Shown piece after piece: positions 35,851 through 47,712 of a stretch of 64,000 nucleotides of DNA (position 1 is the first letter of the stretch; every line of letters begins with the position of its first letter). The DNA is taken from assembly GCF_036971445.1 (NCBI RefSeq), contig NC_091477.1, positions 114,452,001-114,516,000 of the forward strand, written 5' to 3'. The stretch is from Narcine bancroftii. Its lineage: Eukaryota. A program made the translations under genes and the position numbers. The notes below the pieces were generated by a model. It was not told the DNA's origin, made no database searches, and saw only the letters and a program-made list of their open reading frames with translations.

Positions 35851-37799
35851 GGGGTTGTTGTTGAATGGGTGTTCCACCGTGAAGGGAGGAGGGTCAATAC
35901 AGTTTTGGGGTGGGGGAGTGAGTTCTGTGGAGATAAGTATTTAAATAAAGGAAACCTACCGAAGTTTGTCTCTCAACCCCACGCACAGATTATGCTCAGG
36001 AAAACACCCATGCCTTTGTAAGCAACTTGGGCTTCAGAAATGAGTGAACTAATTTCACTTAACATTCCACAAAAGGAGCATTTTATGGAGAATTACAACA
36101 TTGCATGTGCATTCAATGAAGTAGAAGCATCATCAATATGAGCACAGATTTGTGACGGGAACAACTCAGTTGAATTTCTGGAATTTCTGATTCAGTCCTG
36201 AAACCATCATAGAAAGTGCTTTGTCAACCTGATCAGATTTCAAGGCAGAGATTCCCTCAGGTGTTATTCTAAACTTTAGCCACTAGGGGTCATGCAGAAG
36301 TAAATATCAACACCTTGATGATTCCTTTGATGCCCTACCCACTACAGATTCCCAAACAAATTTAATTTGGCACAGTAACCTTTAACCTGTTGATCAATTA
36401 AACATTACCTGAACACGTCATGTTGCCACCCTTCTTCTCTTATGAAACATTTGTCATTTTTTTTTTAAACGTATTTCCACAAATGTTCTCAGTAAATCCC
36501 AGAAATTACTGACAATGATGTGAGCGAGGAAACATTTTATGTCTTCAGTGGAGTCTATTAATATCAGCTGTGATTCCTAGATTTAAAGTGGGATTAATAG
36601 AATACTATCCATTCTTGCAACTTTCAAATAACATTTCTGAAAATATGCATGTATTTGGTTTATTGTGATTCACAGTCAACGACATGATTTTCATTTAGCA
36701 TTAAGTCATTTTAAAGTCCTTGCTCCATTCACCTCTGTTCTATATATGTCGCCATGGTATTATTCTTAAAGCCAAAACAATTATCCATCTCTCGTTGTTC
36801 CTACCACATCTGACATCCCCCACAGTTAAGCAGCACATTAATGTGAGACCTCTATCAAACAAATGTCACTGATAGTCATTCTGTTCTGTAGTCATTCATC
36901 TAATTTCTGCTTATTCAGTATTAAGGCAGTATTGAAAATAATTAAATAGATAGCTCTTCAGTTTGTGAATTATAACAAAATCTGTAAAAGTAACAGTCGG
37001 GGCTCATTTAGGCTCTTCAGCTGTGGTGCTTACTGCTGCTGGAGTGTGGATCCATTTTGTGGATCTCTTTAATATTCATGATTCACTAACAAGCCAACCG
37101 AAAGTGATAATGCTTTGATGGCAATTTAGGAATGGGAATGCAAGAGAACTTGATTAACAATATACTAATCATCGCGACCATTGACCTGATTCAAGAATCT
37201 TTTAAATTCTCGCATTTACATTTCCTATATGGCAATTGATTGCATTGCCTGCCTGAGCTTTTTAACCTTAAAAAAAAACACCCCATGTGCTCGTAGCACA
37301 TCAGGCATCTTTTCTGAGAGGGGGAGCGTGGTTTCCCTATGTGCCTTGGCACCAAGTTTGTTAGTATTAAGAAGATTAGTATGGCAGCTGACCAATCGTA
37401 TTGCAACATGAAACAGTATATCTTATACGATCAACCATAAAGCAAATACGATAATATTCGGGAAGTGATAGTGATTTCAGAGCAAGACCTTTTGAAATTT
37501 CTATGGGTAGCACGCAGATAGATTTACAAGCAATGCCAATGCTTCACAAGCATAACTATAAAAAAAACAATTACACTTCTAAGTCCCTCGATATTCTAAA
37601 ATATCCTGGTGCTCCTAGACTTAGTCTTGAACAGCGAGATAGTTTCTTGGAAATGATACTATCGTAAAGAAGAATCCAAACCTTGAAAGGAAGGATTGAA
37701 GGTGTGGAATGGAAGAGGTTTCCAAGCAGGCTGGAAATAATAGAGGCAGGAACAAGAAATAAGAAAGAGATATGTGTTTAAAAGCTATTCTTTTTTTTC

Positions 37800-37990
37800 A
37801 GAATCTGAATCAAGTTTGTTGTCATGAACATGTGTCACAAAATGTGTTGTTTTGTGGCAGCCGCGTTGTGTATTACAAGTGCAAAATTGCTATAAATCAC
37901 AGCTCTGTAAATGCAATATTTAAAAATAAATAATGCGAAAAGAGAGAAAAAAAGTGAGGTAGTGTTTATAGGTTCATTTTTTCTGATGAA
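37800..37990 (-). mobile_element. Rex1/Babar 3' tail
   Basis: AGAATCTGAATCAAGTTTGTTGTCATGAAC is the reverse of the tail at 3495-3521. Confidence 0.7.
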
Positions 37991-38060
37991 TCAGAACTGG
38001 AGGTATAAACAGAATCAGACAGAAATTGGACTTCCCACATGGTTGATGCAGTAAATAGGC

Positions 38061-38220
38061 TGACGTCAAAAGTTGCGAAATGAAAATAGCCTTGCTTTGA
38101 GAAATTATTATTGGGGTTTAATCCCTTTAACAAACATTAAAATCCAAACTGCAGTGCTGCCGTATGCTAGGCAGCCAGTAGCAATGACCTTTGCCTTCTG
38201 ACCCTCAGGAAATGACGTCA
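38061..38220. promoter_or_regulatory. Pair of full palindromic CRE sites (TGACGTCA)
   Basis: TGACGTCA at 38061-38068 and 38213-38220 in unique sequence, with TGACCTTTG between them. Confidence 0.35.
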
Positions 38221-38769
38221 AATATGATCTCCATGAACCTGAGGTGAATCCGTGTGGGGGAAATGAAGAGGACCAGAAGAAATTTGAGGGGGGTGGGGCA
38301 ATAAAAACAGGCAGGTATAAGATCAGAGGTCTCCTGAATCGATCCTTCCTGAACATGGAGCATTTCTGTGGGTGGTCCCAAATTCAGGTCAACATTGGCA
38401 GTTGGGCTAATTTCAAGGGATTCACAGAAGCCTCGAGCTGTTGGAAGGCCTGAGGACAACACATTTAAAAATTAATATTGCAAAAGTCAGCCTCAATGCA
38501 TAAAGGTGATGATTTGGGAGAGGTGCTTTAAATTGCATGCAGTTCAATAGTTTGAACATGATGTATTCCTGGTTAACTCCAACATCCCAATCTGATTTCT
38601 GAGGTAAATAATTACAGGGATGTGCACATTTTAATAGTATAATCTCATAATGAATCTTGGCAGAAAATGCCAAGTAAAATTTCCCACGCAAGTAAGGGAC
38701 CAGAAAGGAAATTGATTCACAGATTCAGAACATGTTCATAAGATTGCACTTTTGACCCACATAAGCTGA

Positions 38770-39090
38770 GTTAAGCATGGAGCAGGCACTTCATTCCACC
38801 TTGTCTGTGCAGGCCAAGATGCCATTGTGGGCTAGTCCCATTTGATCCATTTCCTTCTAAGCCCTTTATATATATATATATTATGCCTTTAGAATGTTGT
38901 AATTATATGGACCTGTTTAGCTTCCTCTGTCAGCTCATTCCAGATACAGACCTCCCTCTGAGAGAAAATATTGCCCCTCAGATCCCTCTTCAATTTCTCC
39001 TCATTCTCTTTAAACCAATCTCCTCTGGTTTTGGAATCATCTCTCCTGGGAAATAAACTTTGAGCATTCACTTTATCCATGTCCCTCATA
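38770..39090 (-). pseudogene. CR1 3' end
   Basis: Minus ORF MRDMDKVNAQSLFPR..SKTRG..LRGNIFSQR.V.IWNEL. Confidence 0.85.
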
Positions 39091-39641
39091 AAGCTCTAAA
39101 ATTGACCCTCCAACATTCTCAGATGTTATACTCCTTTTATTTTCTTCTGAACAGTTAAGCTAAAGTACGGTAATTATTCGCGGGGCAGCTAACTATGGAG
39201 AAAGAAGCGGATGTTCTCTTCATGGACGCTGTCTGGCCTTTTGGTGTTGCCAAAACCACTTTCGTTTCTTATTAGAATCTGAATCAAATTGTGCTAAATG
39301 GATGCAATAGAAGACCATCTCTAAGATTAATGATATGGTCAAATAGAAAATGAACGAAACCAGGCAATGATAGTCAAGGGCCTTAAACTTGATAAGCAAC
39401 CAAATGTAAAACAAACAAACTGAACTCAGCAAAATACCTGTAACAATGTTTTCTGACAATAAACTGGGTTTATTCTGGTGTGAGGGAGAAAGAAAAAAAT
39501 AGATAACATTGGAGTCTAATGCTTGTGGGTGATGGTGTCAAGATGAGCAGCTGGAGATCAGCATTAGTCATTGGTAAGGCTGGAGAGGCACTAACAATGG
39601 AGAATTGGGTGGTATTACTAGCTGGGAACTAATAAGAGGTA

Positions 39642-39837
39642 CAATAAAACGCCTGTTATCCAGAATTCAAGCAAGCAGCAAAAAAAATTGAGTGAAAAAA
39701 AAGGTTAAAAAAATACAGGTTTAAAATTACCGTGCTTCTCCATTCGTTCACCAATCGCACAACACACAATCTCATGCAACCAGAAAATACAGTTATCTGG
39801 CATCTACCAATCCCCCTAGGTGCCAGGGGTTTTACTG
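39642..39837. mobile_element. Tigger/pogo-type MITE (short variant of 4092-4745; partial copy at 49834-49985)
   Basis: TA|CAATAAAAC ... GGGGTTTTACTG|TA. Confidence 0.8.
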
Positions 39838-39880
39838 TATTAATAACTAGGAAATAGGAGGGTAATGCGGGTATGAATAA

Positions 39881-40478
39881 CACTGAACAACAAGTTTTTT
39901 TTCTCAAAAGGTTTGTTTCCTGGGGATTATGATAGACAACCTCAAACTGAACACAAAGATTATCTAAAATTTGCTGTATCGTGGAAGTAGTTGGAGTCTC
40001 ATTAAATTAATTTTAATTGAATTTAGCATTTTCAATCACATAATGATGCTGGCACATTGCATTAGTTCAACTGACTTAAAAACGTTTTGCTGCAGATTTT
40101 CGTTTGCACTTAGCATCTGATGCCTCTCTTGATTGTGTACAATGGTCAGCCAGCGATGATGGATTCCAGTTGCCCTGATAATGCTTTTCCATGGTCACAA
40201 TGTCCTGGTGAAACCTTTCACCATGTTCGTCACTGACTATATGAAAATCAACAGGGAAGAAGTCCAAGTGCGAATGCAGAAAACGTATTTTCAATTACAC
40301 TTCATGACTTTGTATGCTTGAAGTAGACTTAAAATATGACAAAGAATCACAAAAATCGGTTTTATTTTAAAATAAGTATATGATAGGAAAGTTTTAAGGT
40401 GATTTTCACGATCAGCCGTCCAAAATCCATAAAATACACCCAAAAGTGTTCAGGAAGCAAAATCTTTGTTGTCCAATG
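39881..40478 (-). mobile_element. Non-autonomous Chapaev3-type (CMC) DNA transposon
   Basis: TIRs CACTGAACAAC and GTTGTCCAATG, with TAA on both sides. Transposase C-terminus KIRFLHSHLDFFP..VSDEHGERFHQDI.TMEK.YQG.WNPS.LADHC. Confidence 0.85.
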
Positions 40479-40699
40479 TAATCAGGAGGTATGAGGTCAG
40501 GAGAGGCACTGGGAGTTAGGAATGCGGGGCAAGTACTAATGAACTAGAATTAGACAAAAGCAATGGTGGCATTGTGGATGCAGATCAGGGATGGGAGAGG
40601 CAGGACTAGCAACATTTAGGAAGCGAGAGATGGAGGGGAGGCATGTTGCTTGAGGATAATCACAGGATTAGGGGTTTATTTAATGTAAACATTTTTTTT

Positions 40700-40928
40700 T
40701 AAGAGTGTTACAGCACCATAACAGATGCTTTTGTCCCATGAACCTGCGCTGCCCAAATACACCCGCATGTCCAATTAACCCACTAGCCTTGAATGTCTTT
40801 AGAAACCGGAGGACCCGGAGAAAAACCACACGGACACGCGGTAAATCCTTGCAGACAGCGGTGGATTTGAACCCGGGGTCTCTATCACAGTAATACCTTT
40901 GCACTAAGCGCTGTACTAACCGTGGCAG
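40700..40928 (-). mobile_element. tRNA-derived V-SINE
   Basis: Minus strand GCCACGGTTAGTACAGCGCTTAG..CCCGGGTTCAAATCC..V domain..CR1-like tail. Confidence 0.85.
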
Positions 40929-42489
40929 CCTGAGTAGCTGAAAGGAGATCAAGGAGTGTTCTGAGTGATAGTTTGTACGGTGGTTGGTTGAGGATTAATA
41001 AGGCAGAAAAGAGATTGGGATGAATTGGATGACGGCTGGTGTGGGGATGCATTGAGGCACACAAGAGTTTTATTGAGTAGTGAGTCCCAGACTGAACTGT
41101 GGTGAGCAGACCATGTTGGCTGGGGAGGTCTCATGATGCGATAATGTCACAATGTATCAAGAGGAGTTTGCACAGGAAATGTGTCATCACATTCACCCTG
41201 ATCCAGGAATTCTGGTATGCAGAGGTGACTCATGATAGGAAATCAATAAAACTTCCAAGTGAGGTAAAACATGTTAGTGACATATTTTGATCCAGAAAAA
41301 AGATTCACAACTTGATTATGTACATGCCTGCAAGAAAACTCAATATGAGTTCAAGGCTGCATATATAGTATTCTGTATCTCTCCCCACTGGAGATAACAG
41401 ATTGAGCCTCATTCAAAGAGCCTTCCCTGAAAAACAACATCTCTGCCACTGCAGGGTTTTCTCAGAGTTGCACTGGAAAGTCAACTTGCATCTTATTTTC
41501 TGCTCTCTCAAATAAGAATTGAACAGTGACATCAATTCACTTGCAGCTGACCCTCAATGAATCAGCAGACCATTTCAGTACATATGTACATTGTACAATG
41601 TATACGACAATAAACTTTTTTATATATCGCATATTATTTGAATGGAAAGTGCTTTGATGAGCAACAGCACCTTTTGACAAACCATTAACACAGCAGAAAA
41701 GTTAACAGTAAGTTAAGCAAGCAGTTCTCCCCATTGAAGAACTACACCAGTTCTACTGGAAGATGAGTAGATGTGAAATGGTGTTTGCATTATGGGACTA
41801 TATTTTTTTTAAATATCCAACACTTCCATCCCATCTTTATAGCAGAAATTGATAGGTTCTTAATTAGCCATGGTATCAAAAGTAACGGGAGGAAGTCTGG
41901 GCAGTGAGGCTGAATGGGAAAATGGATGAGCTCATGGTGGGGCAGATTTGATGGGCTGAATGGCCTACTTATGCTCCTATATTTTATGGTCTTCTCCAGG
42001 AAGCTCAAATACAGGTCTGTTATTTGCAGGTTCTGTAGGAATATCCAGAGTTGACAAGCACTCCGATTATTAAGGAGGGCCCGATTGTCCTGTGGAGTGG
42101 CTTTCTTTGTCCTAATCACCTGATTGCTTTGGGGGTTTATCCAGATTTGATGTGCCTGGCATCTCACGCTAAGGACTGCCTGTTCATTCTTTGCCAGGAT
42201 CACCAACCAATCGACTTCTATATTTAAATTAGCCAAACCCAGATTGTCAGGATGATTGGTAGATGGGCCTAAAGAGTAGAAAGAAAATTAATTTTCTCAC
42301 AAAGTTTGTCTCTTAATACTTATTTACTAATTAATTGTAATTTAGATTTAATTCTGAAGTTGTTGCCTAGAAATTACTATCTGAAATCTGAACACTTTCT
42401 GTCATATTCCTGTCAATTATTTTATTGGTAGCATTAACACATTTATTTTAGACACACCATTAAAATAACAAAGAATGTCACATAATTGT

Positions 42490-42860
42490 GTAAAGTGTTT
42501 ATTTGCCAATACACCAAATTGTAATTCCTAGGTTCACATCTAGTAATATTTAATGGACATATTTCCCTTGACAAAGCAAAACTGTGCTATCAGCATACAT
42601 GTGAATTCGGCTGGTTGCACACAGACAGAAAGCCATTAATACCGACAAGAAAAGTAAAAGGTCCCAGTATTGAGCCCTGGGGACACACACAGCCACATCC
42701 AATGGTCTTGACATTGTCTGATATATAGACACCAATTGATATCGGTCCATTAAGTAGGATTTGAATTGGCAATGTGTTTAACTTGTTTAGTTTATTGAGA
42801 AGAATGACAAGATTCTTGGATTCCCAAACAGCCTTTGACACAACTAAATTAATTGTGTCA
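42490..42860 (-). pseudogene. Ancient CR1/L2-group RT fragment
   Basis: Minus strand SKA.., PQGSILGP..F...IN, HMYADSTVL. Confidence 0.7.
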
Positions 42861-43304
42861 GAAGTCTTTTTAAGACCAGAAAAATAGGGGCTGACAAAAT
42901 GTCCTGCAGCAAGTGTGGGTATTGTTTGTCACAGAGGTCTCTGTGCAGCCGTTCAGTTGAATAAAATCAAAATTTCCATGGTAAAAGGGGACCCTTATTC
43001 GTAACAAAACCTGCAGATACCAGACCTGTTTATAAACTTCCTCAAGAAGGGATTCTGCTTTGTAAGTACTCAGGAGGCCTGATAATGCTGAAATTTCACA
43101 CCTATCTTGCTTCTGGTGAGATGAATCCTGATGTGGTTATTCATAGGGAGAGTGGCATCCTTTCCAAACTGGCAAATTTCCTCTGTGTTACTGAACGGTC
43201 AAAAGGTGCTGCTACCTTCCACCGCTTTGAAACACTTTCCAGTTCGTGTTCACTTTGACTTTCACCCCATTTGTTGCATCTCCAATTTCTGAAAACAAAC
43301 ATTT

Positions 43305-43505
43305 AGTGCAGTGACCGGGATTCAAATCAGTGCTATCTGTAAGGAGTTTGTACGTTCTCCTTTTGTCTGCATGGGTTTCCTTCGGGTGCTCCAGTTTCTT
43401 TCCAGCCTTCATATCATACCAGGGTTGTAGGTCAATTGGGTGTAATTGGGCAGTACAGACTCATGGGCCCTTTTGGCCCATGACCATGCTGTATGTCTAA
43501 ATTTA
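43305..43505 (+). mobile_element. tRNA-derived V-SINE
   Basis: CCGGGATTCAAATC..TGTAAGGAGTTTGTACGTTCTCC..GGGTGCTCCAGTTTC..TGCTGTATGTCTAA. Confidence 0.85.
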
Positions 43506-43989
43506 ACTTTCAAATTTAAAATATAAAAACTAACTTTTGCCCCAGAAATCTCAAGGTTCAACCTGTTGATGATTAAATCCTGCAAAAGCACTTTGCATTG
43601 AGGCCAGACATTATATGTTGTTTTTCCTTCTTTTGTCCTCATACACGTGAAAGCAAAAGACATTGCAGGATGATGACTGAGTGGGGAGATGGGACAACTG
43701 AATGGCCACCTGCTGTGTTAACTAATCAATATTTCTGTGGCTCTTTGAACATAACTTCAACACAGAGAGAAAAATAATCACAAGAACCAGAAAGCAAAGC
43801 AGGGCGTTCAGCCCATCTCTCTTCTCTGCCAAGCATTTGGATCTTTGCTGATCCCTTTCTTCATTGCCATCTTCAAACACCAATCTCCCTACTCCTCAAT
43901 AATCTTGCTATCCCTGTTCTTGAATACATATCCTCAACTGAGCCTTTATAGCCCATATAGAATTCCAAATTTTAATTTTAATTTAAATT

Positions 43990-44200
43990 TAGACAGACAC
44001 CATGGTAACAGGCCATTTCAGCTCACAAGTCCATGACACCCAATTGACTCCAATTAACCTACATCATGGTAAGTTTTGAATGGTGGGAGGAAACTGGTAC
44101 CCCTGGGGAAAATCCATACAGACATGGGGAGAACGTACAGACTCCTTACAGACAGTGAGGGATTCAAAGATGTTATGCTAACCTCTACGCCAACTGTGCC
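43990..44200 (-). mobile_element. tRNA-derived V-SINE
   Basis: Reverse V domain GGTGGGAGGAAACTGG..GGGGAGAACGTACAGACTCCTTACAGAC. Confidence 0.85.
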
Positions 44201-44934
44201 ATCCACATTTTGAATATAAAGTTATTTCTTTTCATCTCTGAATGCATAATGCCTATTTTGGGAACTTGAACCATGGAAAACATCATCCATCTATCGATCC
44301 TCTCAAGCCCTGGAAGAATATTGCGCATTTCAATGAAGTCATCACTTACTTCTTGAAACAGATCAAAGGATAAGGTGCAGATGGTGGAATCTTGAGCAGA
44401 TAAATAATTGCTGGTGGAACTCAGTAGGTCAGACATCATCCATAGATAGAAATGGTAAGTCTGAACCTTTTATTAATAATAGGTAAAATTACATATGTGG
44501 AGGAGCAAAGAAGTTGGGGAGAGGCCCAGAGGTGATACTATAGGACAGAAGGTGTAGAAAGTGGAGAGACAGATCAACAAAGGTAGGTTAATTTCCCTCA
44601 AAAGACAGATTCCACCCTCCCCCAACCCAGGAATAATCTATTGCACCATTAATCCATTATCCCTATCTCAAGTTTATTTTCCTTTTGTTGGGGGTTGAGA
44701 TCCAAACACAATATTTCAGATGGTGCAGACCAGAGACCCCACATAATTCCAATAAAATGTCTTTATTCTTGCACTCAAATCTTCCTGCCTTCTTTATTGG
44801 TCATTCTATTGCACATTAACTTCCAGAACGACATCCAGGTTCTATGAAATATCAAAACTTTTCAAACACTTATCAGTTAAAAAATGCTTCATAATTTTTG
44901 CAAAATTACATTCCATCTGCCAGACACCAATTGT

Positions 44935-45302
44935 TCATAGTTCAAATTTATTGTCAGAGTACATACATAACATCACATACAATCCTGAGATTCCTCTTCC
45001 TCGGGCCCAGGCAAAATTTCCAATTACTGGCAATTGTAAATTGTGCTCAAAGAAAGAAAGAATCTAAACAAAAAGAAGTGCAAATACAGACTCTCATATG
45101 TACAAAGCAATATCTATTTATCTATCCATCTATTTATTTATTTATTTATTTACATCGATGAATACCTGTCCTGCATATGTATTTTTTGTCTGTATGTGTG
45201 TTATGCTTGGTTGTGTGCCTGGGTGCTTTGCACTGAAAATTGGAGATTGCTGTTTCGTCGGGTTATACTGGTTCAATCAGTTGATGATAAACTTGACTTG
45301 AC
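44935..45302. mobile_element. Two Rex1 3' tails (44935-45095 minus, 45150-45302 plus) around a (TATT)n tract
   Basis: TTTATTGTCAGAGTACATACA..CTGAGATTC and ..GATGATAAACTTGACTTG. Confidence 0.7.
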
Positions 45303-45544
45303 AATGAACCCACTCTCTTAAGACTCTTCAGACACCTTCATATAGAATCGTTCAGCACAAAAGTCGAGCAGAGACCGGCAAGTGAGAGTTGAAGACCAGA
45401 ATTTTCACTGGGAAGAGAATCAACAAATTCCTTGCAGCTTAGGACACAGTTCCAGCCATGAAAAAAAGTATCAAGAAGTATCAGTCTATAAGAATCCAGC
45501 TGTAAGGTTAGAAGTTATTGCTGCTCGTCTTTGACACTCAGCAA

Positions 45545-45760
45545 AGTTGGTGTAGCGATTAGTGCAACGCCTTTAAAACGCCAGTGATTGGGACCCACAA
45601 TGTCTTTAAGGAGTTTATATGTTCTCCCCGTGTCTGTGTGGATTTTTCTGGGGGCTCTGGTTTCCTTCCTTCCACCATTCAAAACGTACCAGGAGTTTAA
45701 TTGGGTGTAAATTGGGCGGCACGGACTCATGGTTCAAAATCGCCTGTTACCGTGAAATTT
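45545..45760 (+). mobile_element. tRNA-derived V-SINE
   Basis: GTTGGTGTAGCGATTAG (A box), GGAGTTTATATGTTCTCCCCGTGTCTG, GCCTGTTACCGTG. Confidence 0.85.
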
Positions 45761-46136
45761 AAGTTGTGTTATCTGGAAAACATAACAGAAAGGAAAGAAT
45801 ATTTTGAGTAGATTATATCAATAAAAATATTGATATTTTTGACATCATGGGCTTCCTAAAATAGTCGAATGAATTTAGCTTTTAGTCAGGTGGGTGGGGA
45901 TAACCATTCAAAAATCAACATTTTATTATGCAGCTTATTTCACTGTAAAATCCAAAGACAAGAACTGCTCCCTGTCTTAACTTAAAAGAACCTGACTTCC
46001 TTAACGTTTGCTCCTTGTCCAATCTCTGTGGAAATAGAAGGTTGTCCTCCTCGTCACTTTCAACATATCCTTCAATTTCAGATTGCAGTAATCCTTTCTT
46101 ACTGAGTTTAAAGATGTCCAGACTTTGGTTTAAACA

Positions 46137-46327
46137 TGTTTAGTGCGACTGATAGCACTCAAGATCAGAGAGAGTACAACACGCTTTTATTCAGTGGGAA
46201 TAACACACAATAGTCTTTGGACTGATCTGGAGTTTTGGCGGAGATCCAAGGTTTATATCAGGATATGCAGGGGCGGAGTTGGAGTCCTTAGGACATCACA
46301 TCAGTAGTGAATTTCCAGTTCGCTACA
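46137..46327 (-). mobile_element. Short (~190 bp) solo LTR
   Basis: Minus strand TGTAGCGAAC ... TATAAA ... AATAAAAGC ... CACTAAACA. Sits at the end of a PLE pseudo-LTR. Confidence 0.6.
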
Positions 46328-46775
46328 ACACAATGCTGGAGAAACTCAGCAGGTCAGTGTGTGCTTTATAGAGCAAAGAATAAGATACATAACCAACATT
46401 TCGAGCTTGAGCCCTTCATCAAGGTGTGAGCAAAATGTAGGCAGTTAACTGAACAAAATGGTGGTGGTGAGGGGGAGGAGCACAGTCCCACAAGCAGGAG
46501 GTAATAAGGGAGAGTGCAGCAGTAAGCAGGGGAGGGGGATGGCTCTGTGAATGGAGAGGGAAGGGGGCGGAAAGCTGGAGGAAAGAAGTAGAGAAAGAGA
46601 GGGAAAACAGGGAGTAGGACAGCAGAAACTGAAGAAGTCAATGCTAATGCCATTCAGTTGGAGAGTTCCCAGGTGTGTCTTTATCTTTGCTATATTTATG
46701 GACATTGTTTGATTGCTGAGTTTCTCCAGCATTATGTTTTTACTTCAATCACATTGTCTGCAGACTTTTGTTTGC
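46328..46775 (-). mobile_element. PLE 3' end with inverted pseudo-LTR copy
   Basis: Minus strand LGTLQLNGISIDFFSFC (GIY-YIG C-terminus). 46328-46390 and 46675-46740 are inverted repeats. Confidence 0.85.
46391..46425 (-). ncRNA. Minimal hammerhead ribozyme motif (PLE type), mutated copy
   Basis: ACC-UUGAUGA-A-GGGC-UCAA-GCUC-GAAA-UG-UU-GGU: stem I ACC/GGU, stem II GGGC/GCUC, core xUGAUGA...GAAA. Confidence 0.7.
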
Positions 46776-47095
46776 TCTCTTATATTTAGAATCTCATAAG
46801 ATCTTATTACATTCTTCTCTCTTGGAACAGCAGATGCTAAACTAGAATAATTAACCATGACTGTGGGGCATATTTTAAATCAGAAAACCTCAAACTTTGA
46901 CTTGAGTTTTCGGAACAGTCCATGTTGCATGCTTAATGAAGGAAATGCCATAATAGTTTCCTGGAGCACTGACTCCATCATAACGGATCAAATATTTGAA
47001 TGACTTCTTTTATGTTGAATCCATTTGAGGTGTCATTGAATGGGGCAGTGGGGTTCATTTGCAATCCACCAATAACTTTTCTTTCCCTGTGATAA

Positions 47096-47712
47096 CAGTG
47101 AACCACGGAGATTTTGCTTACTGCACACTTTTGGGTGTATTTTATAGATTTTGAGCTAATGATAATGAAAATCATCTTAAAATTTTCCTATCATGTACCA
47201 TTTTTTTTAGATATAACCTAGATTTGTGATTTCCTGTCCTATTTTAAGCCTACTTCAGGCACACTAAACCACAAAGTGCAACATGTGATGGAAAATTCAT
47301 TTTCTGCCTTCACACGTGGACGTCTTCCCTGCTGATCTTGGTGCAGTCAGTGACGAACATGGTGAAAGGTTTCAACAGGACATCGTGACCATGGGAAAGC
47401 AGTATCAGGGCAACTGGAATTCATCAGTGCTGGTCGACAATTGTTTGACACTGACACGACAGACATCAGATGCTGAGTCCAAACGAAAAGAGGCAGCAAA
47501 ACATTTTTAGGTCAGTTGAACTAATACAATTTGTCAGCGTTCATTGTGTGATTGAACCTGCTAAATTCAATAAAAGATCATTAAATGTTTCTCATACTTC
47601 CTACATGATACAGAAAATCTGAAATTACCTTTGTGCCAACTTGAAGTTGTCCATCATAATCCCTAATGTTATTTCAAGGAGCAACCCGTTTGAGAAAAAA
47701 TGTTGTCCAGTG
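47096..47712 (+). mobile_element. Non-autonomous Chapaev3-type DNA transposon, second copy
   Basis: TAA|CAGTGAACCAC ... GTTGTCCAGTG|TAA. ORF FPADLGAVSDEHGERFQQDIVTMGKQYQGNWN. Collinear with the reverse of 39881-40478. Confidence 0.85.

Noticed and set aside
41577-41606. Overlapping AT-rich palindromes GTACATATGTAC and TACATTGTACAATGTA
   Set aside because: Low-complexity sequence immediately before a GACAATAAA retroposon-like tail.
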